In this document: positions 20,173-30,520 of the stretch, piece after piece
Layout of the letters: the number at the start of each line of letters is the position of its first letter
Numbering within the stretch: the first letter of the stretch is position 1
From: Candidatus Poribacteria bacterium
GTDB taxonomy: Bacteria > Poribacteria > WGA-4E > WGA-3G
Assembly: GCA_963665235.2 (NCBI GenBank)
Contig: CAXXLX010000002.1
Coordinates: forward strand, 192,001 to 256,000
DNA length: 64,000 bases
Reading direction: 5' to 3'
The notes under the pieces: generated by a model
What the model saw: only the letters and a program-made list of their open reading frames with translations
Told to the model about the DNA's origin: nothing
Database searches by the model: none
Translations under genes and position numbers: made by a program

Positions 20173-20661
20173 CAGGGCCATTTAGTTTTAAAGATTCACT
20201 TCACGCCTGTGTATATTTCTTATGTGGGAGCGTGCTTCGCACGCGATACATTACATCACATACGCCCACATACAAAACAGATGGTGCACAATATAGGAAA
20301 CCCATTACCACCAATATTTGGGAAACCATCGGACCGCTACGTAATACCATTTTTATTAATTATTCTATCATTACCGGTTGTTAGAAATGAAACGGAGAAC
20401 GGAAGACCCAAACTAAAAGTTTATGCTACTACAAAGCACAAACTGGAAGTTTATGCTACTACAAAGCACAAACTGGAAGTTTATGCTACTACAAAGCACA
20501 AACTGGAAGTTTATGCTACTACAAAGCACAAACTGGAAGTTTATGCTACTACAAAGAGACATTTTCAATTAGGAATGGTATAATATCGCGTGCACAGCAC
20601 GCTCCTACAGAAGAGGTTTTTTGAACAACCGGCGAAAAATATCGAGAACTAAATGGCCCTG
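20173..20661. mobile_element. MITE with 15-bp TIR and 10-bp target-site duplication
   Basis: CAGGGCCATTTAGTT...AACTAAATGGCCCTG flanked on both sides by TAAGTAGTTG (20163-20172, 20662-20671). Confidence 0.85.
20344..20580 (+). mobile_element. Nested TA-flanked MITE carrying 30-bp tandem GTAG hairpins
   Basis: TA|ATACCATT...AATGGTA|TA; other copies at 22690-~22917 (partial) and 30156-30422 (inverted). Confidence 0.8.
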
Positions 20662-20745
20662 TAAGTAGTTGAGATTTTTCTTGACTTTTTCACCAAAATG
20701 TTATATACTTTATTTTCTATAGAATGCCTTAAAGGAGGTTTCGTT

Positions 20746-22653
20746 GTGCAGGCTCAAGTTAAAACCGGTTTTCTGTTTTACACATTTATACTGTTGATGT
20801 GTGTCAGTTACTTTTTTGTAAGGGATACTGCGGCACAAGGCACACCTCAACCCGTTGCCGCAACTGACACCCCCACCTTTACTTTTGAGACGATTGATGT
20901 GCCAGCTGTGGATTTTTTAGCGGTGACTTCAAGTAGCGATTTCGAGGATTATGGGGGCTACACGAAACGCGCGGATGATGGAAAAATAGTCGCTTTTACC
21001 ATCATTGATGGCGTGTTTATGACCTACGATTTCCCTGGCGCATCGGAAACACGTTTCTATGCACTTGGGAATAATGGGCAAGCGGCCGGCTACTATGTGG
21101 ATAGTGAAGGTAAGCACCAGGGTGTCGTCTTGACAACAGCGGGTGAGCTGCAACAGTACGATTTTCCGGGGTCTGTCGAAACAGAAATCTTCGGGATTAG
21201 CGATTCAACGGGTAACCTTACAGGTAATTTTATAGATGCTGAAGATGGTAAGCGACGCGGATTTACAGGCACAGTCACAGGGATAGAAATCATTGAATTC
21301 CCCGGAGCATTGGAAACTTATGCCGATTTTATTAACTCACATGGGGGTATGGTCGGCAGCTACGTAGATGCTGAAGGTGTATACTATCCTTATGTGCGTA
21401 CCCCGGATGGCCGGTTTGTATCTCTCGCCCTTCCACAAATAGCAAAACTGGAATACTTTTTTGTGCACGGTATCAACGATGCACAGACCATCGTTGCCCG
21501 AACCAAAGCGGCGGGGGGTGTTCCGCTCACATACGTCGGGACATTCCGAGGCGGGCTCAAACCATTTAAGGTGCCGGATAGTGTTAGCACAGAGGGTTAT
21601 AATATTAATCAGGACGGCTCTATCGTCGGACACTATGACACAACGGATGGACGCAGGCACGGTTTTATCGCTAGACCCGTTTCCGAGGCAGTGAGCGAGC
21701 GGTTTGGCAACGCCTACAACGTTACACTCTCTAAGGGTTTGAACATGCTTTCTGTGCCGTTAGCATCCCCCACACCGATGACTGCCAAGAGCCTTGTCGC
21801 TACCACAGGTGCAACGACTGTCATCACGCTTGATGCAGCAACCCAGCGTTTCGTCGCGTGGACTCCAAGTGCCCCCGATGACGGGTTTGCAATAGAGGGT
21901 GGCAAAGGGTATATCGTCAATGTCCGAGAGGCTCGGCAGTTTGCCTTTGTCGGCGCACGATGGACAAATCAAGCGGACAGTGCTGCTGCCCCTGCCGTAT
22001 CCACGGAGATGCCCCAGGACGTATGGGCGTTCGTTATCAGTGGTAGGATTGGGAAACCTGAAGAAACACCCAAGCAAAAACTCCCCTACGAAGGGAAATC
22101 CGCCTTTGATGGATACACGGTCAGCGTTCGCAATCTGCGGACAAACAAGACGATAACCACATCGGTGGTAGGCGACTATTTTGCAGCGGCAAGTGCTGAC
22201 CTGTCACAGCGCAGCGTTGTTAAAGTCGGAGACGTGGTCGAAGTACGCGTCATCGGACCCGATGGAAACATTGAATCGCAAACCCGTAGTTTTAAAGTGA
22301 CACCTGAACATCTCGCAAATGCTGTTTTGTCGGTTAACCTTGATAATATCGGGCAGCCGATGCAGAGTCAGTTGCTGCAGAATTATCCGAACCCGTTTAA
22401 CCCGGAGACATGGATTCCGTATCAACTCTCGGAAGACAGTACGGTCTCTATATCAATTTATGATACCACCGGTCAGTTGGTGCGGACGCTGTTGGTAGGG
22501 CATCAATCCGCAGGCTTCTATAATAGTCAAGCACGCGCGGCTTATTGGGATGGACGCAATGCCCTCGGCGAAAGCGTGGCGAGTGGTGTCTATTTTTACC
22601 AGTTGATAACACCCGAGTTCCAGCAAACAAAGCGGATGCTCATTCTAAAGTAG
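20746..22653 (+). CDS. Secreted repeat protein paralog 1 (one repeat module, FlgD-Ig/T9SS-like tail)
   Basis: GTG after AAGGAGG; signal peptide; YDFPG/GYNINQDG/HGFIA repeats; QNYPNPFNPETWIPYQL tail. Confidence 0.85.
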   Translation: MQAQVKTGFLFYTFILLMCVSYFFVRDTAAQGTPQPVAATDTPTFTFETIDVPAVDFLAVTSSSDFEDYGGYTKRADDGKIVAFTIIDGVFMTYDFPGASETRFYALGNNGQAAGYYVDSEGKHQGVVLTTAGELQQYDFPGSVETEIFGISDSTGNLTGNFIDAEDGKRRGFTGTVTGIEIIEFPGALETYADFINSHGGMVGSYVDAEGVYYPYVRTPDGRFVSLALPQIAKLEYFFVHGINDAQTIVARTKAAGGVPLTYVGTFRGGLKPFKVPDSVSTEGYNINQDGSIVGHYDTTDGRRHGFIARPVSEAVSERFGNAYNVTLSKGLNMLSVPLASPTPMTAKSLVATTGATTVITLDAATQRFVAWTPSAPDDGFAIEGGKGYIVNVREARQFAFVGARWTNQADSAAAPAVSTEMPQDVWAFVISGRIGKPEETPKQKLPYEGKSAFDGYTVSVRNLRTNKTITTSVVGDYFAAASADLSQRSVVKVGDVVEVRVIGPDGNIESQTRSFKVTPEHLANAVLSVNLDNIGQPMQSQLLQNYPNPFNPETWIPYQLSEDSTVSISIYDTTGQLVRTLLVGHQSAGFYNSQARAAYWDGRNALGESVASGVYFYQLITPEFQQTKRMLILK

Positions 22654-23039
22654 CGATTGGCAATTGGAAACCAGAGGGTTGTGATTCTAATACCATTTTT
22701 ATTAATTATTCTATCATTACCGGTTGTTAGAAATGAAACGGAGAACGGAAGACCCAAACTGGAAGTTTATGCTACAAGCACGGCACAAACTGGAAGTTTA
22801 GGCTACAATAAAGAGCACAAACTGGAAGTTTATGCTACTGGAAGTTTATGCTACAAGCACGGCACAAACTGGAAGTTTATGCTACAAGCACGGCACAAAC
22901 TGGAAGTTTATGCTACAGCCAGCGAAACCATAAACCAACAGGCTACAGGATGGACGCAGCAAGTTGATAAACACTTAACTTAGGAATAAACAACATAGCA
23001 CAGCTTGAAAACGCAAGCATCAACTTTAAGGAAATAATT

Positions 23040-25738
23040 ATGAATACTCGGATTAAAACAGGTTTTTTGTTTTACACGTTTACACTATTGATGTGTGTCA
23101 GTTCCTTTTTTGTAGGGGATACTGCTGCACAAGGCACGCCTCAATTCGTTGCCGCAACTGACACCCCCACCTATACTTTTGAGACGATTGATGTGCCGGG
23201 TGTGGATTATTTAGCGGTGACAGCGAGTAGCGACTTCGAGGATTATGCCGGCAACACCCGCAGTCCCGATGGTGAAAAGATAATCGGTTGGACGCTGATT
23301 GATGGCATTTTTACGACCTACGATTTCCCGGATTCGAAGAACACTTATTTCTATGCTCTTGATAATAACGGGAAAGCCGCTGGGTACTACGAGGATAGCG
23401 AGGGGTTACACCATGGGGTCATCTTAGAAGATGGCGAACTGCGCCAATACAATTTCCAAGGGGGTGTCCAAACCGAGATATACGGTATTAGTGATGCAAC
23501 AGGGGCGATGACAGGCAATTATATCGATGCTTCTGGCGTTCGCCGTGGGTTTTCAGGAGAGTTAATCCTTGAGCCGCCCGGTGCAACGGAAACTTATGCG
23601 GATTTCGCAAGCCCGACTGGCGTTGTCGGGGGTAGTTACATAGATGCTGACGGTATATATCATCCTTATGTACGTATCCCGACTGGTGATTTTATCATTA
23701 CTGAGATTCCGGGAATAGCAAATCGGGAATACTTTTTTGTACATGGTCTCACTGCGACAGCGGTTATCGTTGCCCGCTCCAAAGCTGTGGGGGATGTCCC
23801 GCGTACTTATGTCGGGGCATTCGGTGCACTCCATGAAGTACAGTTTCCGGGTGCTGTGAGTACGGAGGGATGGAATATCAATCAGGACGGCTCCGTCGTT
23901 GGATACTACGACACAGCGGATGGTCGCCGACACGGATTTGTCGCTAAACCAGTAACGGACGGTGCTCCCCCCGAGGACAGCCCTGAGCTATTGTTCGCCT
24001 TTCATACCTTTGAGAGTATTGATGTGCCGGGTGTGGATTATTTAGCGGTGACAGCGAGTAGCGATTTTGACGATTACGCAGGTAATACGAAAAGTCCCGA
24101 TGGTGAAAAAATGGTCGGTTTTACGCTGATTGATGGCGTGTTTACGACCTACGATTTCCCGGGTTCGAAGAATACCTATTTCTATGCCCTTGATAATAAC
24201 GGGAAAGCCGCAGGACACTATGAGGATAGCGAGGGGCTTTACCATGGGGTCATATTAGAAAATGGCGAGCTGCGCCAATACGATTATCCGGGGGCCGTCC
24301 AAACGTTCTTACGGGGGATTAGCGACGCGACAGGAAAACTAACCGGGGATTTCATAGATGAATCTGGGGTTCGTCGTGGGTTCTCAGGGGATTTAATAAT
24401 TGAGGTCCCCGGGGCCCCGGAAACTTATGCCGATTTTGTGCACGCCCAAGGCGTAATCGCGGGCAGCTACGTAGATGCTGATGGTGTATACCATGCTTAT
24501 GTGCGTCTCCCAAACGGCAATTTTGCAGCTCTGGACCTTCCAGGTGCCCCAGATTTGGAGTACTTTCATTACCACGGTATCAACGATGCGGGTTTCTGGT
24601 TGGCAGAGCCAAAGCGGTAGGGGATGTGCCACGCACCTATTCCGGTCCATTCGGTTCCCTAGATGAAGTGTCCTTTCCAGGGAGCGTTAGCACAGAGGGG
24701 TGGAATATCAATCAGGACGGCTCTATCGTTGGACACTATGAATCAGCAGATGGCCGCGTACACGGATTCATCGCAAGACCTGCTGGCAAGGCAATGAGCG
24801 ATTATTTTGCTAACGCTTACACTGTTAAGCTGTCTAAAGGTTTGAACATGCTGTCCGTGCCTTTGGCACAACCAGTGCCAATGAATGCAAGAGCACTTGC
24901 GGGAATCGCTGGGGCGACGACCGTGATAACACTTGATGCCGAAAAACAGCGGTTTGTGGCGTGGACTCCAGATGCACCCGATGCCGGTTTCTCAATTGAA
25001 GGCGGAAAAGGGTATATCGTCAATGTTCCACAACCTCGAAACTTTGCCTTTGCGGGAGCCCCCTGGACAGATTCAACTGAGGCTGCCACGGCACCCGCTA
25101 TATCCACATCGTCGCGACCCCAAGAAGCCTGGGCGTTTGTCGTCAGTGGTAGGATTGGGAAACCCAATCCCTACGAAGGAAAATCCGCGTTTGATGGCTA
25201 TCAGGTAAGCGTCCGTAATATGAGAACGAACAGCACGATAACCGCCTCCGTGATAGGCGATTACTTCGCTGCTGCTACCGCAGACTTAGCGGAGCGGAGC
25301 GTCGTCCAAGTTGGCGATGTTGTTGAGGTGCACGTCCTCGGCCCCGATGGAAATGTTGAATCACAGACCCGCAGTTTTAAAGTGACACCTGAACACTTAG
25401 CAAACGCGGTTTTGTCGGTTAACCTTGATAACGTCGGGCAACCGATGCAGAATCAGTTGTTGCAAAACTATCCCAACCCGTTTAACCCGGAGACATGGAT
25501 ACCGTATCAACTCTCGGAAGACAGTACGGTCTCCATATCAATTTACGATACAACGGGTCAGTTGATACGCACGCTTTCACTCGGTTTCCAATCTGCGGGT
25601 TTCTATAATAGTCGTGTGCAGGCAGCGTATTGGGATGGACGGAACGTCCTCGGCGAACGCGTGGCGAGTGGTGTCTATTTTTACCAATTGACAACACCCG
25701 AGTTCCAGCAAACACGGCGGATGCTCATTGTGAAGTAG
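23040..25738 (+). pseudogene. Paralog 2 (two modules), frameshifted near 24590 (ORFs 23040-24620 and 24626-25738)
   Basis: GATGCGGGTTT versus GATGCGGGGTTT in paralog 4: one G is missing, and restoring it gives a continuous protein. Confidence 0.8.
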
Positions 25739-25745
25739 GGTTTAT

Positions 25746-27154
25746 CAAATCTTCCGCTACAAAACCCCCATGCTTTAGCTGGGGGATGTAGTAGCGGTGC
25801 ATGAGTTGAAATTTTAATTTGACTTTTCCTCAAAAATGGGGTATACTCTATTTAATGCCTTAGCGGAGAATCTATAGACTTCTCCGCCCCTTTTTAGAGG
25901 TAGGTAGCAACTTTTCAAGGCAGGATACCCTTAGATGTATACCACAAAATACAAACTTTTTCGTGCCCCGCGTAATCGTAATCTCAAGCGTTTAACGTGG
26001 GTGGCCCATGATGTTTGGAACTATTTTTTAGGTTGGCAGCGGACGCGCTATTCTCTTGGTCTTGCGTATATGTCGCTTCCTGAGATGTCGCGTGCCTTTA
26101 CCGTCCTTAGGAACTCACATCCTGAAGTGTTTTCGCATTGGCGTGAGTTAGACTCTTGGGCGGCGCGTGATATACTGCGGCGTTTAGACACCGGGTATCA
26201 GCGTTTTTTTAAGTGTATTGCGAAGCGTCCGCCTAAGTTTCGTTCATGGCGCAAACCGTATTCATTCACAATGTCCCCCTCTGGCTATAGTTTCTATGGT
26301 GATAGGGTCCGTATAATGGAAAAACAATATCGGTTTAATCTAAGCCGCGAGATAGTAGGTAATATTAAGACAGTCACTATCAAAGCAGATAGTGTTGGTG
26401 ACTTCTATATGTGTGTTGTAACAGATGACACCGTATCTGAAATCCTACCTAAGACGGGTAGTGCTGCAGGGTATGATTTCGGTATCAAAACGATGTTCAC
26501 TTGTTCCGATGGCACAGAATATGAGTCTCCTGAGTTCTATAAAACCTCTATGGCGGAACTGTCTGTAGCCCAACGTGTGCATGCTAAGAAAGTAAAGGGT
26601 AGCAACAACTGTGAGCGTTCCCGCTTAGATGTGGCGCGCAAACACCGTAAAATCAAAAGACAACGTGAGGATCATCATTGGAAACTCGCGAAGCGTTTTG
26701 TGCATGAACAGGATCACCTCTGTTTTGAGACGTTGACTTTTGAGGGTATGAAACGGTTGTGGGGGCGTCCAGTTTCTGATATTGCGCCCTACGCCTTCCA
26801 TGAAAAGTTGCGCCATCAAGCGGTCAAACACGGTAAAGAGGTTCACTATATTGACCGTTTTGAACCGACTTCTAAGACTTGTAGCAACTGTGGACAGCGA
26901 AAACAGCAGCTGGATTTGTCAGTTCGTCAATGGTGTTGTTCTACTTGCGCGCAGAAACATCATCGTGACGTTAACGCTGCGATAAATATTTTAAAGGTTG
27001 GGGCATCAACCTTTGGATTAGAGGATGTCAGCCTTGCTATTGCGAGCAGCCCTCGCAGACTTCACCCGAAGTCTATACCCCACAATCCGCACCAGAGAGC
27101 ATGGGATTCACTTTCAAAAGAATCCCCCTTGCTTTAGCTGGGGGAGTATGTCAA
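25746..27154 (+). mobile_element. IS200/IS605-family TnpB-only element
   Basis: Inserted 3' of TTTAT; subterminal hairpins CCCC..GCTTTAGCTGGGGG at both ends; right end TCAA; no tnpA. Confidence 0.88.
25935..27137 (+). CDS. tnpB: RNA-guided endonuclease TnpB
   Basis: RuvC GYDFGIK, FETL, RDVNAAINI; zinc finger CSNC..CSTC. Confidence 0.92.
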   Translation: MYTTKYKLFRAPRNRNLKRLTWVAHDVWNYFLGWQRTRYSLGLAYMSLPEMSRAFTVLRNSHPEVFSHWRELDSWAARDILRRLDTGYQRFFKCIAKRPPKFRSWRKPYSFTMSPSGYSFYGDRVRIMEKQYRFNLSREIVGNIKTVTIKADSVGDFYMCVVTDDTVSEILPKTGSAAGYDFGIKTMFTCSDGTEYESPEFYKTSMAELSVAQRVHAKKVKGSNNCERSRLDVARKHRKIKRQREDHHWKLAKRFVHEQDHLCFETLTFEGMKRLWGRPVSDIAPYAFHEKLRHQAVKHGKEVHYIDRFEPTSKTCSNCGQRKQQLDLSVRQWCCSTCAQKHHRDVNAAINILKVGASTFGLEDVSLAIASSPRRLHPKSIPHNPHQRAWDSLSKESPLL

Positions 27155-27283
27155 TGTTCACACTACGCAATCTATTAAGTTGCACCGTGATACACACAAT
27201 TAGCAGATTCTGCTACAAATTAACAATATAACACGGCTTGAAAACTCAAGCATTAACTTTAAATTTTAGATAAGGAGATAATT

Positions 27284-29986
27284 ATGAATACTCAGATTAA
27301 AACCGGTTTTTTGTTTTACACGTTTACGCTGTTTATGTGTCTCAGTTCCTTTTTTGTAAGGGATACTGCTGCACAAGGCATCCCTCAACTCATTTCCGAA
27401 ACTGACACCCCCAGCTTTACTTTTGAGACAATTGATGTTCCAGGGGTAGACTTTTTAGCGGTGACTTCAAGCAGCGATTTCGAGGATTATGGGGGCTACA
27501 CGAAACGCGCGGATGATAACAAAATAGTCGCCTTTACTATCATTGATGGCGTGTTTATGACCTACGATTTCCCGGACGCATCGGAAACGCGTTTCTATGC
27601 ACTCGGGAATAACGGACAAGCGGCGGGTTACTACGTAGATAGCGAGGGTCGCCACCGGGGTGTCGTTTTGACAACAGAGGGTGAGCTGCAAGCGTACGAT
27701 TTTCCAGGCTCTGTCGAAACCGAGATATGGGGCATTAGTGATTCAACGGGTAACCTTACAGGTAATTTTATAGATGCTGAAGATGGTAAGCGACGCGGAT
27801 TTACAGGCACAGTCACAGGGATAGAAATCATTGAATTCCCCGGAGCATTGGAAACTTATGCCGATTTTATTAACTCACAAGGAGGCATGGTCGGCAGCTT
27901 CATAGCCGCTGACGGTCTATACTATCCTTATGTGCGCAGCCCGAGTGGCCGGTTTGTATCTCTCGACTTGCCACGAGCAGCATTTCTGGAATACTTTTTT
28001 GTGCACGGTATCAACGATGCCCAGACTATCGTTGCACGAACCAAGGCGGTGGATGGTGTTCCGGTCACATACACCGGCACATTCCAGAGAGGGCTCGAGC
28101 CGTTTAAGGTGCCGAATAGCGTTAGCACGGAGGGGTATAATATTAATCAGGACGGCTCTATCGTCGGACACTATGACACAGCGGATGGAAGTAGACACGG
28201 ATTTATCGCTAGACCCGCAACGGACACAGGTGAACCTCTTGAACCCGTTGTCCCCGCCACTTATGGCACCTATACGTTTGAGACGATTGATGTGCCGGGG
28301 GCGGAAATTTTAGTGTTGACAGCGAGTAGCGACTTTGAGGATTACGCAGGAAACGCGCGGAGTGCTGATGGCAAAGAAATCGCCTTTACGCTCATTGATG
28401 GGGTGTTCACGACTTACGATTTCCCCGGCTCACAGAAAACGAATTTCTACGCGCTGGGTAATAACGGGAACGCTGCCGGATACTACGAGGATAGCGAGGG
28501 GCTGCACCACGGTGTTGTCTTAGAAAATGGCGAATTGCGGCAGTACGATTTTCCGAATTCTATTGAAACGGAGATATACGGCATTAGCGATGCAACCGGG
28601 GTAATGACAGGGAATTTTATAGGGACTGATGGCATTCGCCGGGGATTCTCAGGCGAAACAACTGTTGAGTTCTCCGGGGCACTGGAAACTTTTGCCGATT
28701 TTGTGAACGCGGAAGGCACTATCGTAGGCAGCTACATAGATGCTGATGGCATATATCGTCCATACTACAAACGTCCTGATGGCAGGTTTACAACTGCTGA
28801 CTTTGGAGCAGGAGCCGAGCGGGAATATATGTTTGTGCACGGCATCAACGACGCGGGAATTTCGATTGCCCGACTTAAAAAGCAGGGTGATGTCCCACGC
28901 ACCTACGTGGGTAGAATCCGGGAGGGGACTGTAGAGGTGCGGTTCCCGGGCGCTGTTAGCACGGAGGGCTGGAATATCAATCAGGACGGTTCCATCGTTG
29001 GGAACTATAAATCAGCAGATGGGCGGGTGCACGGTTTTATCGCCAGACCCGTTGACCAAGCAGTGAGCGATCTTTTTGGCAACGTCTATGAGGTCACACT
29101 CTCTAAAGGGTTGAATATGCTCTCGGTGCCCTTGGTATCGCCAACACCGATGAGTGCCAAGAGCCTTGTCGCTATCACAGGTGCGACAACTGTCATCAGG
29201 CTTGATACAGCAAACCAACGGTTCGTGGCGTGGACCCCAAGTGCCCCCGACGACGGGTTTGCAATAGAGGGTGGCAAAGGGTATATCGTCAATGTACCAG
29301 CGGCGCGTCAGTTTGCCTTCGTTGGAGCACAATGGACAAATCAAACGGACGGTGCTGCTGCACCTTCCATATCCACGGAGATGCCCCAGGAGGCATGGGC
29401 GTTCGTTGTCGCCGGACACTTGAAAGGGAAATCCGCCTTTGATGGATACCAAGTAGACGTTCGGAACTTGAGAACGAACAGCACGATAACCGCCTCAGTG
29501 GTAGACGATTACTTCGCAGCGGCAACCGCAGACTTAGCGGAGCGCAGCGTCGTCAAACTCGGAGACGTGATTGAAGTGCGCGTCATCGGCTCGGATGGAA
29601 ACGTTGAATCGCAAACCCATAGTTTCAAAGTGACACCTGAGCACTTAGCAAACGCGGTGCTGTCGGTCAACCTTGATAACGTCGGTCAACCGATGCAGAA
29701 TCAGTTGCTGCAGAACTACCCGAACCCGTTTAACCCGGAGACGTGGATACCGTATCAACTCTCCGAAGACAGTACGGTCTCTATATCAATTTATGATACC
29801 ACCGGTAAGTTGGTTCGGACGCTGTTGCTGGGGCATCAAGCCGCTGGTTTCTATAATAGTCCGGAACGCGCGGCGTATTGGGATGGACGGAACGCCCTCG
29901 GCGAACGCGTGGCGAGTGGTGTCTATTTTTACCAGTTGACGACACCTGAGTTCCGGCAGACAAATCGGCTCGTCATTGTGAAATAG
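27284..29986 (+). CDS. Secreted repeat protein paralog 3 (two modules, FlgD-Ig/T9SS-like tail)
   Basis: Same architecture as paralogs 1-7. Confidence 0.88.
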   Translation: MNTQIKTGFLFYTFTLFMCLSSFFVRDTAAQGIPQLISETDTPSFTFETIDVPGVDFLAVTSSSDFEDYGGYTKRADDNKIVAFTIIDGVFMTYDFPDASETRFYALGNNGQAAGYYVDSEGRHRGVVLTTEGELQAYDFPGSVETEIWGISDSTGNLTGNFIDAEDGKRRGFTGTVTGIEIIEFPGALETYADFINSQGGMVGSFIAADGLYYPYVRSPSGRFVSLDLPRAAFLEYFFVHGINDAQTIVARTKAVDGVPVTYTGTFQRGLEPFKVPNSVSTEGYNINQDGSIVGHYDTADGSRHGFIARPATDTGEPLEPVVPATYGTYTFETIDVPGAEILVLTASSDFEDYAGNARSADGKEIAFTLIDGVFTTYDFPGSQKTNFYALGNNGNAAGYYEDSEGLHHGVVLENGELRQYDFPNSIETEIYGISDATGVMTGNFIGTDGIRRGFSGETTVEFSGALETFADFVNAEGTIVGSYIDADGIYRPYYKRPDGRFTTADFGAGAEREYMFVHGINDAGISIARLKKQGDVPRTYVGRIREGTVEVRFPGAVSTEGWNINQDGSIVGNYKSADGRVHGFIARPVDQAVSDLFGNVYEVTLSKGLNMLSVPLVSPTPMSAKSLVAITGATTVIRLDTANQRFVAWTPSAPDDGFAIEGGKGYIVNVPAARQFAFVGAQWTNQTDGAAAPSISTEMPQEAWAFVVAGHLKGKSAFDGYQVDVRNLRTNSTITASVVDDYFAAATADLAERSVVKLGDVIEVRVIGSDGNVESQTHSFKVTPEHLANAVLSVNLDNVGQPMQNQLLQNYPNPFNPETWIPYQLSEDSTVSISIYDTTGKLVRTLLLGHQAAGFYNSPERAAYWDGRNALGERVASGVYFYQLTTPEFRQTNRLVIVK

Positions 29987-30155
29987 CGATTGGCGATTGG
30001 CGATTGGCAAGAGAAGAAAGAGAGGGCCCTTCTATTTCTTGCCATAAGCCAACAGCCAAATAAAAGGGAGACATAGCGGGCGAGGAGACCTCGCCCCTAC
30101 GAGACTATTGGTTTGTGATAGGGTTGCCTCGCCCTATTGGCGGTAATGCTTATTA

Positions 30156-30422
30156 TACCATTTCTAATTGAAAATGTCTCTTTCTTGTAGCATAAACTTC
30201 CAGTTTGTGCCTCCTTGTAGCATAAACTTCCAGTTTGTGCCTCCTTGTAGCATAAACTTCCAGTTTGTGCCTCCTTGTAGCATAAACTTCCAGTTTGTGC
30301 CTCCTTGTAGCATAAACTTCCAGTTTGTGCCTCCTTGTAGCATAAACTTTTAGTTTGGGTCTTCCGTTCTCCGTTTCATTTCTAACAACCGGTAATGATA
30401 GAATAATTAATAAAAATGGTAT
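30156..30422 (-). mobile_element. TA-flanked MITE with 30-bp tandem GTAGCATAAACTTCCAGTTTGTGC units
   Basis: Inverted copy of 20344-20580; a matching empty site GCCCTATTGGCGGTATTGCTTAC-TA-CATCC lies at ~41265-41294. Confidence 0.8.
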
Positions 30423-30520
30423 TACATCCCCGTGTGCTCAATTTGCGTAAGTCCTGATTTAAACATAGCACGGCTTGAAAACTCAAGCATCAACTTTAAA
30501 TCTTAAATGAGGTTTTTATT

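Noticed and set aside
20170-20583. Repetitive ORFs (KHKLEVYATT; also 22657-22983, 30168-30353, 54775-55206)
   Set aside because: Open frames arise from tandem units inside MITE or REP arrays
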